Assembly (NCBI RefSeq): GCF_017876815.1
Contig: NZ_JAGIOS010000003.1
Span: 930,001 to 962,000 of the forward strand
Length of the DNA stretch: 32,000 nt
Origin: Sinorhizobium meliloti
GTDB taxonomy: Bacteria; Pseudomonadota; Alphaproteobacteria; Rhizobiales; Rhizobiaceae
Reading direction: 5' to 3'
The position numbers were made by a program, and so were the translations under genes. Positions 1-8,358 of this stretch are shown here, piece after piece; within the stretch, counting starts at the first letter, position 1, and each line of letters opens with the position of its first letter. The notes under the pieces are model-generated. The model made no database searches. It was given only the letters and a program-made list of their open reading frames with translations, and was not told the origin of the DNA.

Positions 1-86
1 AGGAGCATTCTGAGGGCGCGCACAAGCTTCGGGCGCCCGCATCCTAACCCTCTGGCCTCCGCCGGACCATTGAATATGAGGCTCAG

Positions 87-554
87 ATGACCTTATCAAA
101 TCGTACCCCTTCTCAAATCGGCGCCAGGATTTCCGACAGATCAGCACCGCCTGATGACAGCGCCGTTCGGGACTGGCTTGGACCAGAGGCATTCGGCCAT
201 TGGACCGAGCTGCGGACCTGGATTGACGAATTCTATATGGGGGTTTTCGCGCCGGACTGGCTGTACGGCGGCAAGAACCGTGGTTGGTCCTTGCGCTATA
301 AGAAAACGAAGGCGTTCACCACATTGGTGCCGGAATACCGGCGGTTTTCGGCTGTTGTGGTTATGGGTGGAGCAGAACGTGAGAAATTCGAGGAGCGGCG
401 TTATGTCTGGCGCCCGCAACTGGTCAAGCTTTACGATGAAGCCAAAACATATATCGACGGAAAATGGCTGAGACTTGCCATCTTATCGGCAGACGATCTG
501 CATGATGTGACGGAACTTTTGACGATGCAGCGCCCGCCACTGCCGCGCGGTTGA
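87..554 (+). CDS. hypothetical protein, DUF3788-like (155 aa)
   Basis: Intact ORF with GAGG 5 nt upstream of the ATG. The pattern GWSLRYKKTKAFTTLVPE...VVVMGG recalls the DUF3788 family from memory. No catalytic motif recognised. Confidence 0.5.
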   Translation: MTLSNRTPSQIGARISDRSAPPDDSAVRDWLGPEAFGHWTELRTWIDEFYMGVFAPDWLYGGKNRGWSLRYKKTKAFTTLVPEYRRFSAVVVMGGAEREKFEERRYVWRPQLVKLYDEAKTYIDGKWLRLAILSADDLHDVTELLTMQRPPLPRG

Positions 555-714
555 AGCCAAAATAAGGTGGGCTTGCCGCGCGAAATCACACAGCAATTCG
601 ACAACAAGGTCTTCGCGAAAGGCGTCAAGCCGATAACGAGTTGCGGGAGAGATCGAAAAGACCTTCCACGCCTGCAATTTACCCAAACAAACAAATACTG
701 AGGAGACAATTCCC

Positions 715-1632
715 ATGAAAGCGATCGTAGTGACCGACCAGGCTGCGGGAACAGCCGGAATGAAGCTGGTGGAGCGACCCGAGCCGCAGGCCGCGATAAA
801 CGACGTCGTCGTACAGGTCCATGCGGCGGGGTTCGTCAACACCGAACTGGATTGGCCTTCGACCTGGACCGATCGGGCCTTTCGTGACCGGACGCCATCG
901 ATTCTCGGCCATGAGCTGGCCGGTGTGATCACCGGGCTGGGCTATGGCACCACGGGACTGTCGATCGGCCAGCGGGTGCTCGGCCTGTCGGACTGGTATC
1001 GCGACGGCACACTCGCTGAGTACGTCGCTATGGAGGCCCGAAACCTCGCGCCATTGCCCGGCAACGTCGACTTCACGGTGGGCGCAAGCCTGCCGATATC
1101 TGGCCTGACCGCATGGCAGGGACTGTTTCAGCATGGCCGCCTTCGGGCGGGGCAGAGCGTCCTCGCACACGGCGCGGCTGGCGCCGTCGGCTCGATCGTG
1201 ACGCAGCTTGCGCGGGAAGCCGGCGCCTATGTTATCGGCACCGGACGCGCCGCTGACCGCCAGAAAGCTTTGGACTTCGGTGCAAATGAATTCATCGATC
1301 TTGGAAACGACATCCTGGAAGACGTCGGCGGCGTCGATCTGGTATTCGACGTTATCGGCGGCGATGTTCAGAAGCGGTCCGCAGCGCTGATCCGGTCCGG
1401 AGGAACGCTTGTGACAGCCGTCGGACCGACGGACATTCGACCTGTGGATGGCCTGGCGGTTGACTTCGTCGTCGAGGCTGATCGTGCCCAGCTATCCGAG
1501 ATCGTTCAGCGGGTCCGGGACGGAAGGCTGCGGACGAACATCGGCAAGGTTTCAAGTCTGGACGATGCGGTCGCCACCTTCAATTCGGCGGAGCGGCGCG
1601 CAGGAAAGACGGTCATTCGCGTTCTCCCGTGA
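715..1632 (+). CDS. NAD(P)H:quinone oxidoreductase / zinc-type alcohol dehydrogenase-like protein (MDR superfamily)
   Basis: GAGGAGA sits 8 nt upstream of the ATG. It has a GroES-like N-terminal region (GHELAGVI) and a glycine-rich dinucleotide-binding segment (AHGAAGAVGS). The 305-aa length is typical of quinone-reductase-type MDRs. Confidence 0.85.
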   Translation: MKAIVVTDQAAGTAGMKLVERPEPQAAINDVVVQVHAAGFVNTELDWPSTWTDRAFRDRTPSILGHELAGVITGLGYGTTGLSIGQRVLGLSDWYRDGTLAEYVAMEARNLAPLPGNVDFTVGASLPISGLTAWQGLFQHGRLRAGQSVLAHGAAGAVGSIVTQLAREAGAYVIGTGRAADRQKALDFGANEFIDLGNDILEDVGGVDLVFDVIGGDVQKRSAALIRSGGTLVTAVGPTDIRPVDGLAVDFVVEADRAQLSEIVQRVRDGRLRTNIGKVSSLDDAVATFNSAERRAGKTVIRVLP

Positions 1633-2243
1633 GGACGCGGCGAGGATATTCGCGGGGCACTTGAACCCGTCGTATCTTCCCGACGGATTGGCCTCCACGC
1701 GCACTCCTTGGAGGGGTTCCTCTAGGGAGTGCGCAGTGCACACAAGATGCGCGTTCCTAGCGTCTCAGATTCGTTTACCCGATGGCCTCAGTCGTTCAGC
1801 GTTTTACAGAGGCGAGATATCTCTCACGCCCGATATCGCAAAGCGGCTACTGACCGTGCTCGATGGCTTGGTCGACCTCGGCAACAGACACAGCGCGGTG
1901 CTGAAACAAACTGATGCTTGCAAGTGAGTGCAAGGCAGGGTTTAGACTAGCGTTGTGAGAACCACGATAAGATGGCCGAGGTGCTTTCTGCCGACGGCAA
2001 CTCTCTCCAGAATTGAGTTGAGACACGGACAGTCAGCACTCCGGCCCCAGAGGCGACTTCCATCCCTCGCCTCGAAAGGATTCGAAGCGCAGACCCTGCG
2101 ATTAGGCGGACGCGTGATCCTGGCGCAAGCGGTCGACTTCCATAGCGCTTCCGACGACGCGCACTGCAAGCAACGTGAGGCGAAAGTCCGTCCCGCAAAC
2201 GGGACAGCCCGTCCCGCCGAACGAAACAGAGGCGCCCAAACGG

Positions 2244-2747
2244 TCAACCTGGATGTTTGTGGATCGGATCGACCCAATAGACTTCCTCCGGCTTTTCCAC
2301 CGGATCGACATCGGTGATATTGACCACGACCGCCTCGTTGTCGGATCGCACCAGCACGCATTCGAGCACGTTCTCGGGATCGGCATTGATTTCTTGGTGT
2401 GGCACAAAGGGTGGTACGTAGATGAAGTCGCCCGGGCCGGCTTCCGCGACGTATTCGAGCCTGTCGCCCCAACGCATGCGCGCCTTCCCGCGAACGACGA
2501 AGATTACGCTTTCGAGCGGACCATGGTGATGCACGCCGGTCTTGGCATTGGGCTCGATCGCAACGGTCCCGGCCCAAATCTTCTGGGCGCCAACGCGTGC
2601 ATGATTGATGGCCGCCTGCCGATACATGCCGGGCGTCTGGGCCGTGTTGTCATCGAGCTGGTCCCCCTTGATGACGCGAACGCCGTTATGTTTCCACCGG
2701 TCCTCTGCCTGGTGGTCATGACCGTGATGACGAGGGTGATCCGACAT
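2244..2747 (-). CDS. cupin domain protein with His-rich N-terminus (167 aa)
   Basis: GGAGG lies 5 nt upstream of the ATG at 2747, which I prefer to the longer track ORF starting at 2780. Both cupin motifs are present: GVHHHGPLESVIFVVRG and GDFIYVPPFVPHQEIN. Confidence 0.85.
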   Translation of the reverse strand: MSDHPRHHGHDHQAEDRWKHNGVRVIKGDQLDDNTAQTPGMYRQAAINHARVGAQKIWAGTVAIEPNAKTGVHHHGPLESVIFVVRGKARMRWGDRLEYVAEAGPGDFIYVPPFVPHQEINADPENVLECVLVRSDNEAVVVNITDVDPVEKPEEVYWVDPIHKHPG

Positions 2748-2834
2748 GCTGGCCTCCGTTTTTCGGCATCGGGACCGCACCAGGTCCTAGATCGGCTCGC
2801 TAGAATTTAGCAGCCTATTGGTGCCGTTCAAAAT

Positions 2835-2896
2835 CGTTTCCAGACGATACATTATGCGATCTTCTTGGCCAGACCGTGAATATCTTGGCAACAAGC
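2835..2896. repeat. conserved intergenic element, copy A (partner at 19669-19731)
   Basis: The core cgtttccagacgatacattatgcgatcttcttggcca matches 33 of 37 positions of 19669-19705 by hand alignment. Weaker similarity continues for about 25 nt more. It lies 88 nt upstream of the cupin start. Confidence 0.7.
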
Positions 2897-3034
2897 CGTG
2901 CACAGGCCTCGTGGAAGAACGGTTCTCCCCCACGCCTAAGCGACGTCCACGCTTAAGTCTGTGAACGGCAGCCCTGCGCCCCTTTCAAGTCGTTTCGAAC
3001 CAGTTTGCCTGCCCCGAAAGCGGCAGTTCTGCAA

Positions 3035-3079
3035 ATTCCGAGGCAATCCGCCCCCTGATTCCGAGATGATGCCGCCCCC
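3035..3079. repeat. IS21 left subterminal repeats (2 copies)
   Basis: attccgaggcaatccgccccc and attccgagatgatgccgccccc are inverted copies of the right-end repeats. Such multi-copy termini are typical IS21-family transposase binding sites. Confidence 0.75.
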
Positions 3080-3152
3080 ATCGGAAAGCATCTGGCGTGG
3101 GTGTTCTGCTGGTGTGAAGTTTCTTCCTTCGACGTGACGAGGAAGGAACGGG

Positions 3153-4703
3153 ATGCCTGCGGAGAGACTGGAGATGCGGCGTGTCCGCGAGATATTGAGA
3201 TATCGCTTCGAACAAGGACTTGGCCACAAGTCGATCGCGGTTCGGGTTGGAGCTGCGCCATCGACGGTGCGCGAGACGCTTCGGCGTGCGGCCATTGCGG
3301 AGCTATCGTGGCCGTTGGGTGACGACGTCAGCGATGCAGTCCTGGAAGCGGCGCTTTACAAGGCAGGCGGGACGAAGACGGGTCATCGTCGGAGCCCTGA
3401 GCCGGACTGGGCGCAGGTCCACCGCGAGCTGAAGCGCAAGCATATGACGCTGCAGATCCTTTGGGACGAATACATCAGCCGTTATCCGGAGGGCTATCGC
3501 TACAGTCGCTTCTGTGACCTCTACCGCGGCTGGGCGATGAAGTTGCCTGTGACGATGCGGCAGGATCACGCGGCCGGCGACAAGCTGTTCGTCGACTACG
3601 CCGGCGACACGGTCACGGTTGTCGTTGATCGGCTGTCCGGCAAGACACGGCAGGCGCACCTGTTCGTGGCGGTTCTGGGAGCATCCAGCCTTTCATATGC
3701 GCAGGCACGTTGGAGCGAGACGCTTCCCGACTGGATTGAATGCCATATCCTGGCGCTGGAGTACTTTGGCGGTGCGCCAGCCTTGCTGGTTCCCGACAAT
3801 GCCAAGGTAGCGATCATCAAGGCCTGCCACTTCGATCCCCAGGTCAACCGGACGTATTGCGGGATGGCGGCCCATTATGGCAGCGCCGTCTTGCCGACGC
3901 GGCCGCGACGCCCGCGGGACAAGGCGAAAGTGGAAGCTGCGGTTCGTATCGTCGAACGCTGGCTATTGGGCCGGCTGCGCCATCGCATCTTCTATAGTTT
4001 GGCCGAGGTCAATGCGGCGATTGGCCAATTGCTCCATGATCTCAATGATAAGCGCGTTCTGCGCCGTGTCGGCGCCACGCGCCGCCAATTGTTCGAGGAG
4101 CTTGATCGTCCGGCTTTGCGACCGCTGCCTGTCGAACGTTATGTCTTTGCCGAATGGCGTATCCGGCGCGCCGGGCTGGATTATCACGTCGAGATCGAGC
4201 GGCACTATTATTCCGTTCCCTATCGCTTTGCCCGCGAGCAGGTCGAGGCTCGTATCACCGCCAATACGATCGAGATCTTCCACAAGGGCGAGCGAATTGC
4301 CGCTCACCGGCGCTCCAGCGGCAACGGCAAGCACACGACGATCCCCGATCATATGCCCTCTGCGCATCGCCGCTTTGCCGACTGGACGATTGAACGGATT
4401 CAACGCGAAGCCTCTGCGATGGGGCCGGATGTTGCGCTGTTGTGCGAGCGCATTCTTGCCGACAGGCCTCATCCCGAGCAGGGCTTTCGAGCTTGCCTCG
4501 GCATCATCCGCCTCAACAAGAGCTTCGGCCGCGACAGGGTCAATGCCGCTTGCGGCCGTGCGTTGGAGATTGGCGCACGAACCTATGGCTCGGTGCGATC
4601 CATCCTCGACAATCACCTTGACCGGACGGCTGCCTCAAATGGAGCGGCGCCGCATGAACCGATCCATCACGCCAACATCCGCGGACCTCGCTATTACCAC
4701 TAA
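3153..4703 (+). CDS. istA: IS21-family transposase IstA (516 aa)
   Basis: GGAAGGAA SD upstream of the start. N-terminal HTH (EMRRVREILRYRFEQGLGHKSIA), a DDE integrase core, and a conserved IstA C-terminal region. It is followed 12 nt later by istB. Confidence 0.95.
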   Translation: MPAERLEMRRVREILRYRFEQGLGHKSIAVRVGAAPSTVRETLRRAAIAELSWPLGDDVSDAVLEAALYKAGGTKTGHRRSPEPDWAQVHRELKRKHMTLQILWDEYISRYPEGYRYSRFCDLYRGWAMKLPVTMRQDHAAGDKLFVDYAGDTVTVVVDRLSGKTRQAHLFVAVLGASSLSYAQARWSETLPDWIECHILALEYFGGAPALLVPDNAKVAIIKACHFDPQVNRTYCGMAAHYGSAVLPTRPRRPRDKAKVEAAVRIVERWLLGRLRHRIFYSLAEVNAAIGQLLHDLNDKRVLRRVGATRRQLFEELDRPALRPLPVERYVFAEWRIRRAGLDYHVEIERHYYSVPYRFAREQVEARITANTIEIFHKGERIAAHRRSSGNGKHTTIPDHMPSAHRRFADWTIERIQREASAMGPDVALLCERILADRPHPEQGFRACLGIIRLNKSFGRDRVNAACGRALEIGARTYGSVRSILDNHLDRTAASNGAAPHEPIHHANIRGPRYYH

Positions 4704-4715
4704 GGAGAACGAAAG

Positions 4716-5453
4716 ATGCTTGCCCATCCAACACTGGATAAATTGAATGCCATGGGCCTGGCCGGCATGGCAAAGGCCTTTGGCGAACTTGTTGCCAACG
4801 GCGAAGCCGAACATCTCTCGCACGCCGAATGGCTCGGACTGCTGCTCGAACGGGAATGGAGCTCCCGTTACGATCGGAAGCTTGCGGCACGCCTCAGGTT
4901 TGCCAAGCTTCGCCACCAGGCCACCCCAGAAGATGTCGACTATCGCGCCGACCGCCGCCTCGACCGTGCTCTCTTCATGAAGCTGCTCGGTGGCGACTGG
5001 ATCAACGCCCATGACAATCTGGCCATTTGCGGCCCCTCGGGTGTCGGAAAGAGTTGGTTGGCTTGCGCTCTCGGCCACAAGGCTTGCCGAGACGATCGCT
5101 CAGTTCTCTATCAGCGTGTCCCAAGGCTGTTTGCCCAGCTTGCGCTCGCGCGTGGTGATGGCCGCTACGCCCGCCTGCAACGAACCTTGGGCCATGTTCA
5201 GCTCCTGATACTGGATGATTGGGGGCTCGAGCCGCTCAACGAACAGGCCCGCCACGACCTGCTGGAAATCCTCGAAGATCGCTATGGACGCAAATCAACG
5301 ATCATTACCAGCCAACTTCCCGTGTCCGCATGGCACGGCGTCATTGGCGACCCAACCTACGCCGATGCCATACTCGACAGGTTGGTCCACAATGCCCACC
5401 GCATCGAATTGAGCGGCGATAGTCTGCGCCGAAATCTACCGCGCAAAGCTTGA
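4716..5453 (+). CDS. istB: IS21-family helper ATPase IstB (245 aa)
   Basis: AAGGAG SD upstream of the start. Walker A (GPSGVGKSWLACALG) and Walker B (LLILDDWG) are present. The size and position downstream of istA are typical. Confidence 0.95.
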   Translation: MLAHPTLDKLNAMGLAGMAKAFGELVANGEAEHLSHAEWLGLLLEREWSSRYDRKLAARLRFAKLRHQATPEDVDYRADRRLDRALFMKLLGGDWINAHDNLAICGPSGVGKSWLACALGHKACRDDRSVLYQRVPRLFAQLALARGDGRYARLQRTLGHVQLLILDDWGLEPLNEQARHDLLEILEDRYGRKSTIITSQLPVSAWHGVIGDPTYADAILDRLVHNAHRIELSGDSLRRNLPRKA

Positions 5454-5506
5454 CACCTCGCCTGAATGAACTGACAACAATCATCGCCTGCAGACCCCAC
5501 TAAACA

Positions 5507-5574
5507 GGGGGCGAGATCATCCCGGAAACCGGGGGCGCAATCATCTCGGAACAAAGGGGCGGCTTCATCGGAAT
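5507..5574. repeat. IS21 right subterminal direct repeats (3 copies)
   Basis: Three copies: gggggcgagatcatcccggaa, gggggcgcaatcatctcggaa, aggggcggcttcatcggaat. They are inverted relative to the two left-end copies. Confidence 0.75.
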
Positions 5575-5792
5575 CGGCAGCAGTTCATCCGCGGGTGCGG
5601 CAAACCGACTACAATGACGAACTGACGGGAATGCTGGCTTTCGACGGATCAATCTGTGCGCGCGAGCTGCGGCTTTGAGGGCAAAATCGGTCGAAATGTC
5701 GCGGCGACGGACGAAGTACCACTTCTATCCCGCCTGGTTAAGAGGCGATCGAAGAGCACTTTTGGGAGGACCGAACAGGCTGCCGCTGCGCT

Positions 5793-6770
5793 TCAAAGCG
5801 ATCGAGAGCCGGCGCTCAATTGCTCGCCCACTCCGCTCGATTCAAGCCAGGGACCGAGCACCTCAGCGGTTTGCTCGATCAGCACTAACGGGTAGCGCTG
5901 CGGAGCGCGCAGGCGGGCCAAGGCCTCACCTAGCTCGGCACCGTCGATGGATTCATCTTCTGCGGCGTGGGCCACGGCATTCTGAAGCCACAGTGCCACC
6001 TCCTCCATCCGCGCGCCGCCATTGCCGAACCAGTAGGCGAAATGCAGCCAAACGTGCCCGCGCAGCATAGGAAACTCCAGCGCGGCGAGGTATTGGTCGA
6101 GATCGAGCGCAAACTCGTAGAACGATGCCATCCCCTCGAGCAGTTGCCAGCGATCGGGCCTCGTCAGCCAACCTCCAAGCCGTGCAGGCTGTTCAAGCAC
6201 CCGACGGAATTCATCGATATGGGTGTCGAACACATAGAAATCGTCGAGCAATTCGATGAAGTATCCAATCACATCGTTGGAAATGAAGCGAGCGTTAAGG
6301 TGGAGGAATTGGCGATAGGCCGCGTCGAAGCCTTCCTGCTCCAGCTCAGCCTGCCACTGCGAACGATAGGTATCGGGTAGCCGCCTGTCTCCTGCGGCAC
6401 GTAACAACAGCGGCGGCGCGAACGGGTAGTGCCGTTCATAGTAGGCGATCACGGCAGGATGGCACAGCAACTCCCAGACGAACTGGCCCTCAGGATCGCG
6501 CCAGATCTCCGCGCCCTCGGCCTGCAGTCCGCCGATATGGAGCGCTGACAGCGCTCCAAGCAGGAGGTCAAGTTGCTCCCGCCAAACCACGTCCTCCCCC
6601 TCTACAATGTCGTTCGCGATAACCCTGTGCGAACGGAACACTCTAAACGGATCGATAGCGCCTTGGCTGAACACCGGCTTTAGCCCCGCGACCTTTTCGC
6701 CCACTGCATAGGCATGCTCGACATCGCGCAGCAGACTGGTTGCATTTCGGGTCAGGCAGATCTCTGTCAT
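5793..6770 (-). CDS. hypothetical protein (325 aa), no recognisable domain
   Basis: Intact ORF. Its ATG (6768-6770) overlaps a TGA (6767-6769) that closes one frame of the upstream hydrolase gene (ATGA coupling). The protein is acidic and Trp/Leu-rich, probably all-helical, with no signal peptide or TM segment seen. Confidence 0.7.
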   Translation of the reverse strand: MTEICLTRNATSLLRDVEHAYAVGEKVAGLKPVFSQGAIDPFRVFRSHRVIANDIVEGEDVVWREQLDLLLGALSALHIGGLQAEGAEIWRDPEGQFVWELLCHPAVIAYYERHYPFAPPLLLRAAGDRRLPDTYRSQWQAELEQEGFDAAYRQFLHLNARFISNDVIGYFIELLDDFYVFDTHIDEFRRVLEQPARLGGWLTRPDRWQLLEGMASFYEFALDLDQYLAALEFPMLRGHVWLHFAYWFGNGGARMEEVALWLQNAVAHAAEDESIDGAELGEALARLRAPQRYPLVLIEQTAEVLGPWLESSGVGEQLSAGSRSL

Positions 6771-7575
6771 GCCAGGTAGCTCGCGATAGCCGGGGCAGTT
6801 TTATCGCAACGGCGGACGGAGCAATGTCCATCCCGGGCCAGACGGTGTGCGGAGGATCCTCCAGGAAGCGCTGCACCATGACCACATTTTCCCCATCCCC
6901 AAAAACACCTGCCGCGCTTTGACCTGCGCATCCCAACCGTTCGCGAGTTCTTTGCTGGAATCCTCCATCAACTGGGTGAGAAAGGGGCTGCCCGGCTCCA
7001 GCCCGTCGAGCGAGAGAACGCCGAATTTGGTCAGGGCGGTCAGCGATGCGATCAGACGCGAGGCTATCCCGAGTTCCTTGCGCACTTTGTTAAGATAGGC
7101 TCCCATGTGCGCGGGTGCAAAGAGCTGCAGCCGTGTCTTGCCCGCCCAGGACGCCTGGTTGCGGATTGCATCTAGCAGCGCTCGGCGTGATACAGGCGCT
7201 CCAAGTGAATGGGCGATCACTGTTACTTTCGTCATACTCGCGGACAACCGATCCACCGAGCGCACGGCTGGCAAGCGCGTTCCACTCGGCGTTAGCCCCG
7301 GCCGCTTCGTCGAGGAAGTGCCTAAGGGTGCCCGCCGACATTTCTGGCTGGGCGCTGAAGCTGCGATAGCCGAAATAGGCTAGGTCGCAAGTCCTGGCCC
7401 GCGAGTCAGCTGCTAGTGCCGCTTCCGTACCGGCTCAGGTTTTCAATGCATTACCGCCGAAGCCATGCACAAACACCAGCAACCGCTGTGCCGGTTGTTT
7501 GGCGAAATAGCCAACCGATTCTGTCCCCACGGCAGCGCAATCGCAACAGAATGGATCAAGTCTCTGCCCCCGCAT
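6767..7575 (-). pseudogene. alpha/beta-hydrolase (lipase/esterase-like) gene with an in-frame TGA and about 3 frameshifts
   Basis: The N-terminus LLVFVHGFGGNALKT is followed by TGA at 7435-7437, where Trp (TGG) is expected, and the same frame continues (AGTEAALAADS...YFGYRSF...). The nucleophile elbow VTVIAHSLGA is in a second frame. GDGENVVMV...HTVWPG is in a third frame, with the shift at the A5 run 6901-6905. The last piece, DGHCSV...ASYLA*, is reached by a shift at cccggg 6832-6837. Confidence 0.6.
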
Positions 7576-7724
7576 GTATCCCTGCGCCCAATGCCGGCGC
7601 GGTCCCATTAGAAGGATAGGACCGCCCGCAAGCCTTTGACCAGACTGCATCTTGGCCGCGGGCTGGCTCCGAATCACGTCACTCCCCGGACCGACAATTT
7701 GATCCGCCGCCTTTCCGTTGCAAG

Positions 7725-7754
7725 CTGTCAGAAACTCGCATATATTTCTGACAG
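7725..7754 (+). promoter_or_regulatory. perfect 10-bp inverted repeat (ctgtcagaaa-N10-tttctgacag), candidate AbiEi operator
   Basis: Read directly from the sequence. The right arm abuts the AGGAG SD of the antitoxin gene. AbiEi antitoxins are known to autoregulate through inverted repeats in their promoter. Confidence 0.55.
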
Positions 7755-7764
7755 GAGAATGGCG

Positions 7765-8358
7765 ATGCAAAACCTGACGTCTCAGATCCTGGGCTATGCC
7801 GAACAAATGCCGGAAGGATCTCCCCTTTCGGCCAAGAGCCTTTTGCATCTCGGAAATCGTGCTGCAGTCGACCAGGCCCTTTCGCGGTTGACCGAGCGCG
7901 GAGAACTCATCCGGGCTGGTCGCGGCATCTACATGCGGCCCGTCAAAAGTCGCTTTGGCAGCCGGCCGCCGACGGTCGAGCAGGCCGTGGAGGCAGTGGC
8001 GCAGCAGCGCGGCGAGATCATCGTTTCCAGTGGCGCCGCCGCGGCAAACGCGTTGGGATTGACGACACAGGTTCCGGTCCGCTCCGTCTACCTGACATCC
8101 GGCCGCAGCCGAACCATGAATCTTGGAAAGCAGAGTGTCGAGCTCAAGCACGTGCCTCGCTGGCAGCTGGCTCTGGCCGACCGGCCGGCGGGCGTGGCGG
8201 TCCGGGCGCTTGCATGGCTCGGACCCGAAAAGGCCGAGGAGGCACTGTCGAGGATCAAGCGAAAGCTCCCGCCGGCCGAGTTTGGCGAGTTGGTGGCCGC
8301 AGCACCGCAGTTTCCGACGTGGCTCGCAAGAAGCGTGAACAGGGCTGCGCATGGCTGA
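7765..8358 (+). CDS. type IV toxin-antitoxin system AbiEi-family antitoxin (197 aa)
   Basis: AGGAG lies 7 nt upstream of the ATG at 7765. The track ORF from 7636 is an upstream extension. An N-terminal winged-HTH pattern (LGNRAAVDQALSRLTERGELIRAGRGIYMRP) is typical of AbiEi. The gene overlaps the toxin gene by 8 nt. Confidence 0.85.
   Translation: MQNLTSQILGYAEQMPEGSPLSAKSLLHLGNRAAVDQALSRLTERGELIRAGRGIYMRPVKSRFGSRPPTVEQAVEAVAQQRGEIIVSSGAAAANALGLTTQVPVRSVYLTSGRSRTMNLGKQSVELKHVPRWQLALADRPAGVAVRALAWLGPEKAEEALSRIKRKLPPAEFGELVAAAPQFPTWLARSVNRAAHG

Larger units (their letters stand above)
2995..5613 (+). mobile_element. IS21-family insertion sequence (about 2.6 kb), approximate ends
   Basis: It carries an istA plus istB gene pair. 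The left end (tcgaaccagtttgcc...) aligns with the reverse complement of the right end (...ggcaaaccgactaca). Multiple subterminal repeats occur on both sides. The left boundary is uncertain (2960-2995) and no target-site duplication was found. Confidence 0.85.

Noticed and set aside
1736-1927. 63-aa ORF with AGGGAG SD and GTG start (…LSRSAFYRGEISLTPDIAKRLL…), possibly a small HTH protein
   Set aside because: Its resemblance to AlpA/XRE-type HTH proteins is too vague to call. It could be real, but I cannot support it from sequence alone.
2835-2871. Sigma-54 promoter reading of the conserved element (minus strand TGGCCAAGAAGATCGCA)
   Set aside because: The GG and GC dinucleotides are separated by 11 nt instead of the strict 10 nt in both copies, so it does not fit the -24/-12 geometry.
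2951-2994. Target-site duplication for the IS21 element
   Set aside because: The flanks aagtcgtt or gcttaagtc on the left do not match atgacgaa on the right for either candidate left end.
3877-4746. 289-aa alternative-frame ORF within istA
   Set aside because: It lies on the same strand as the well-supported IstA frame but out of frame with it. Its composition is typical of off-frame GC-rich translation.
7435-7437. In-frame TGA in the hydrolase as selenocysteine or programmed readthrough
   Set aside because: The position corresponds to the conserved Trp after HGFGGN..KT, so TGG to TGA is the simpler explanation. No SECIS-like hairpin is obvious immediately downstream, and the gene has further frameshifts.
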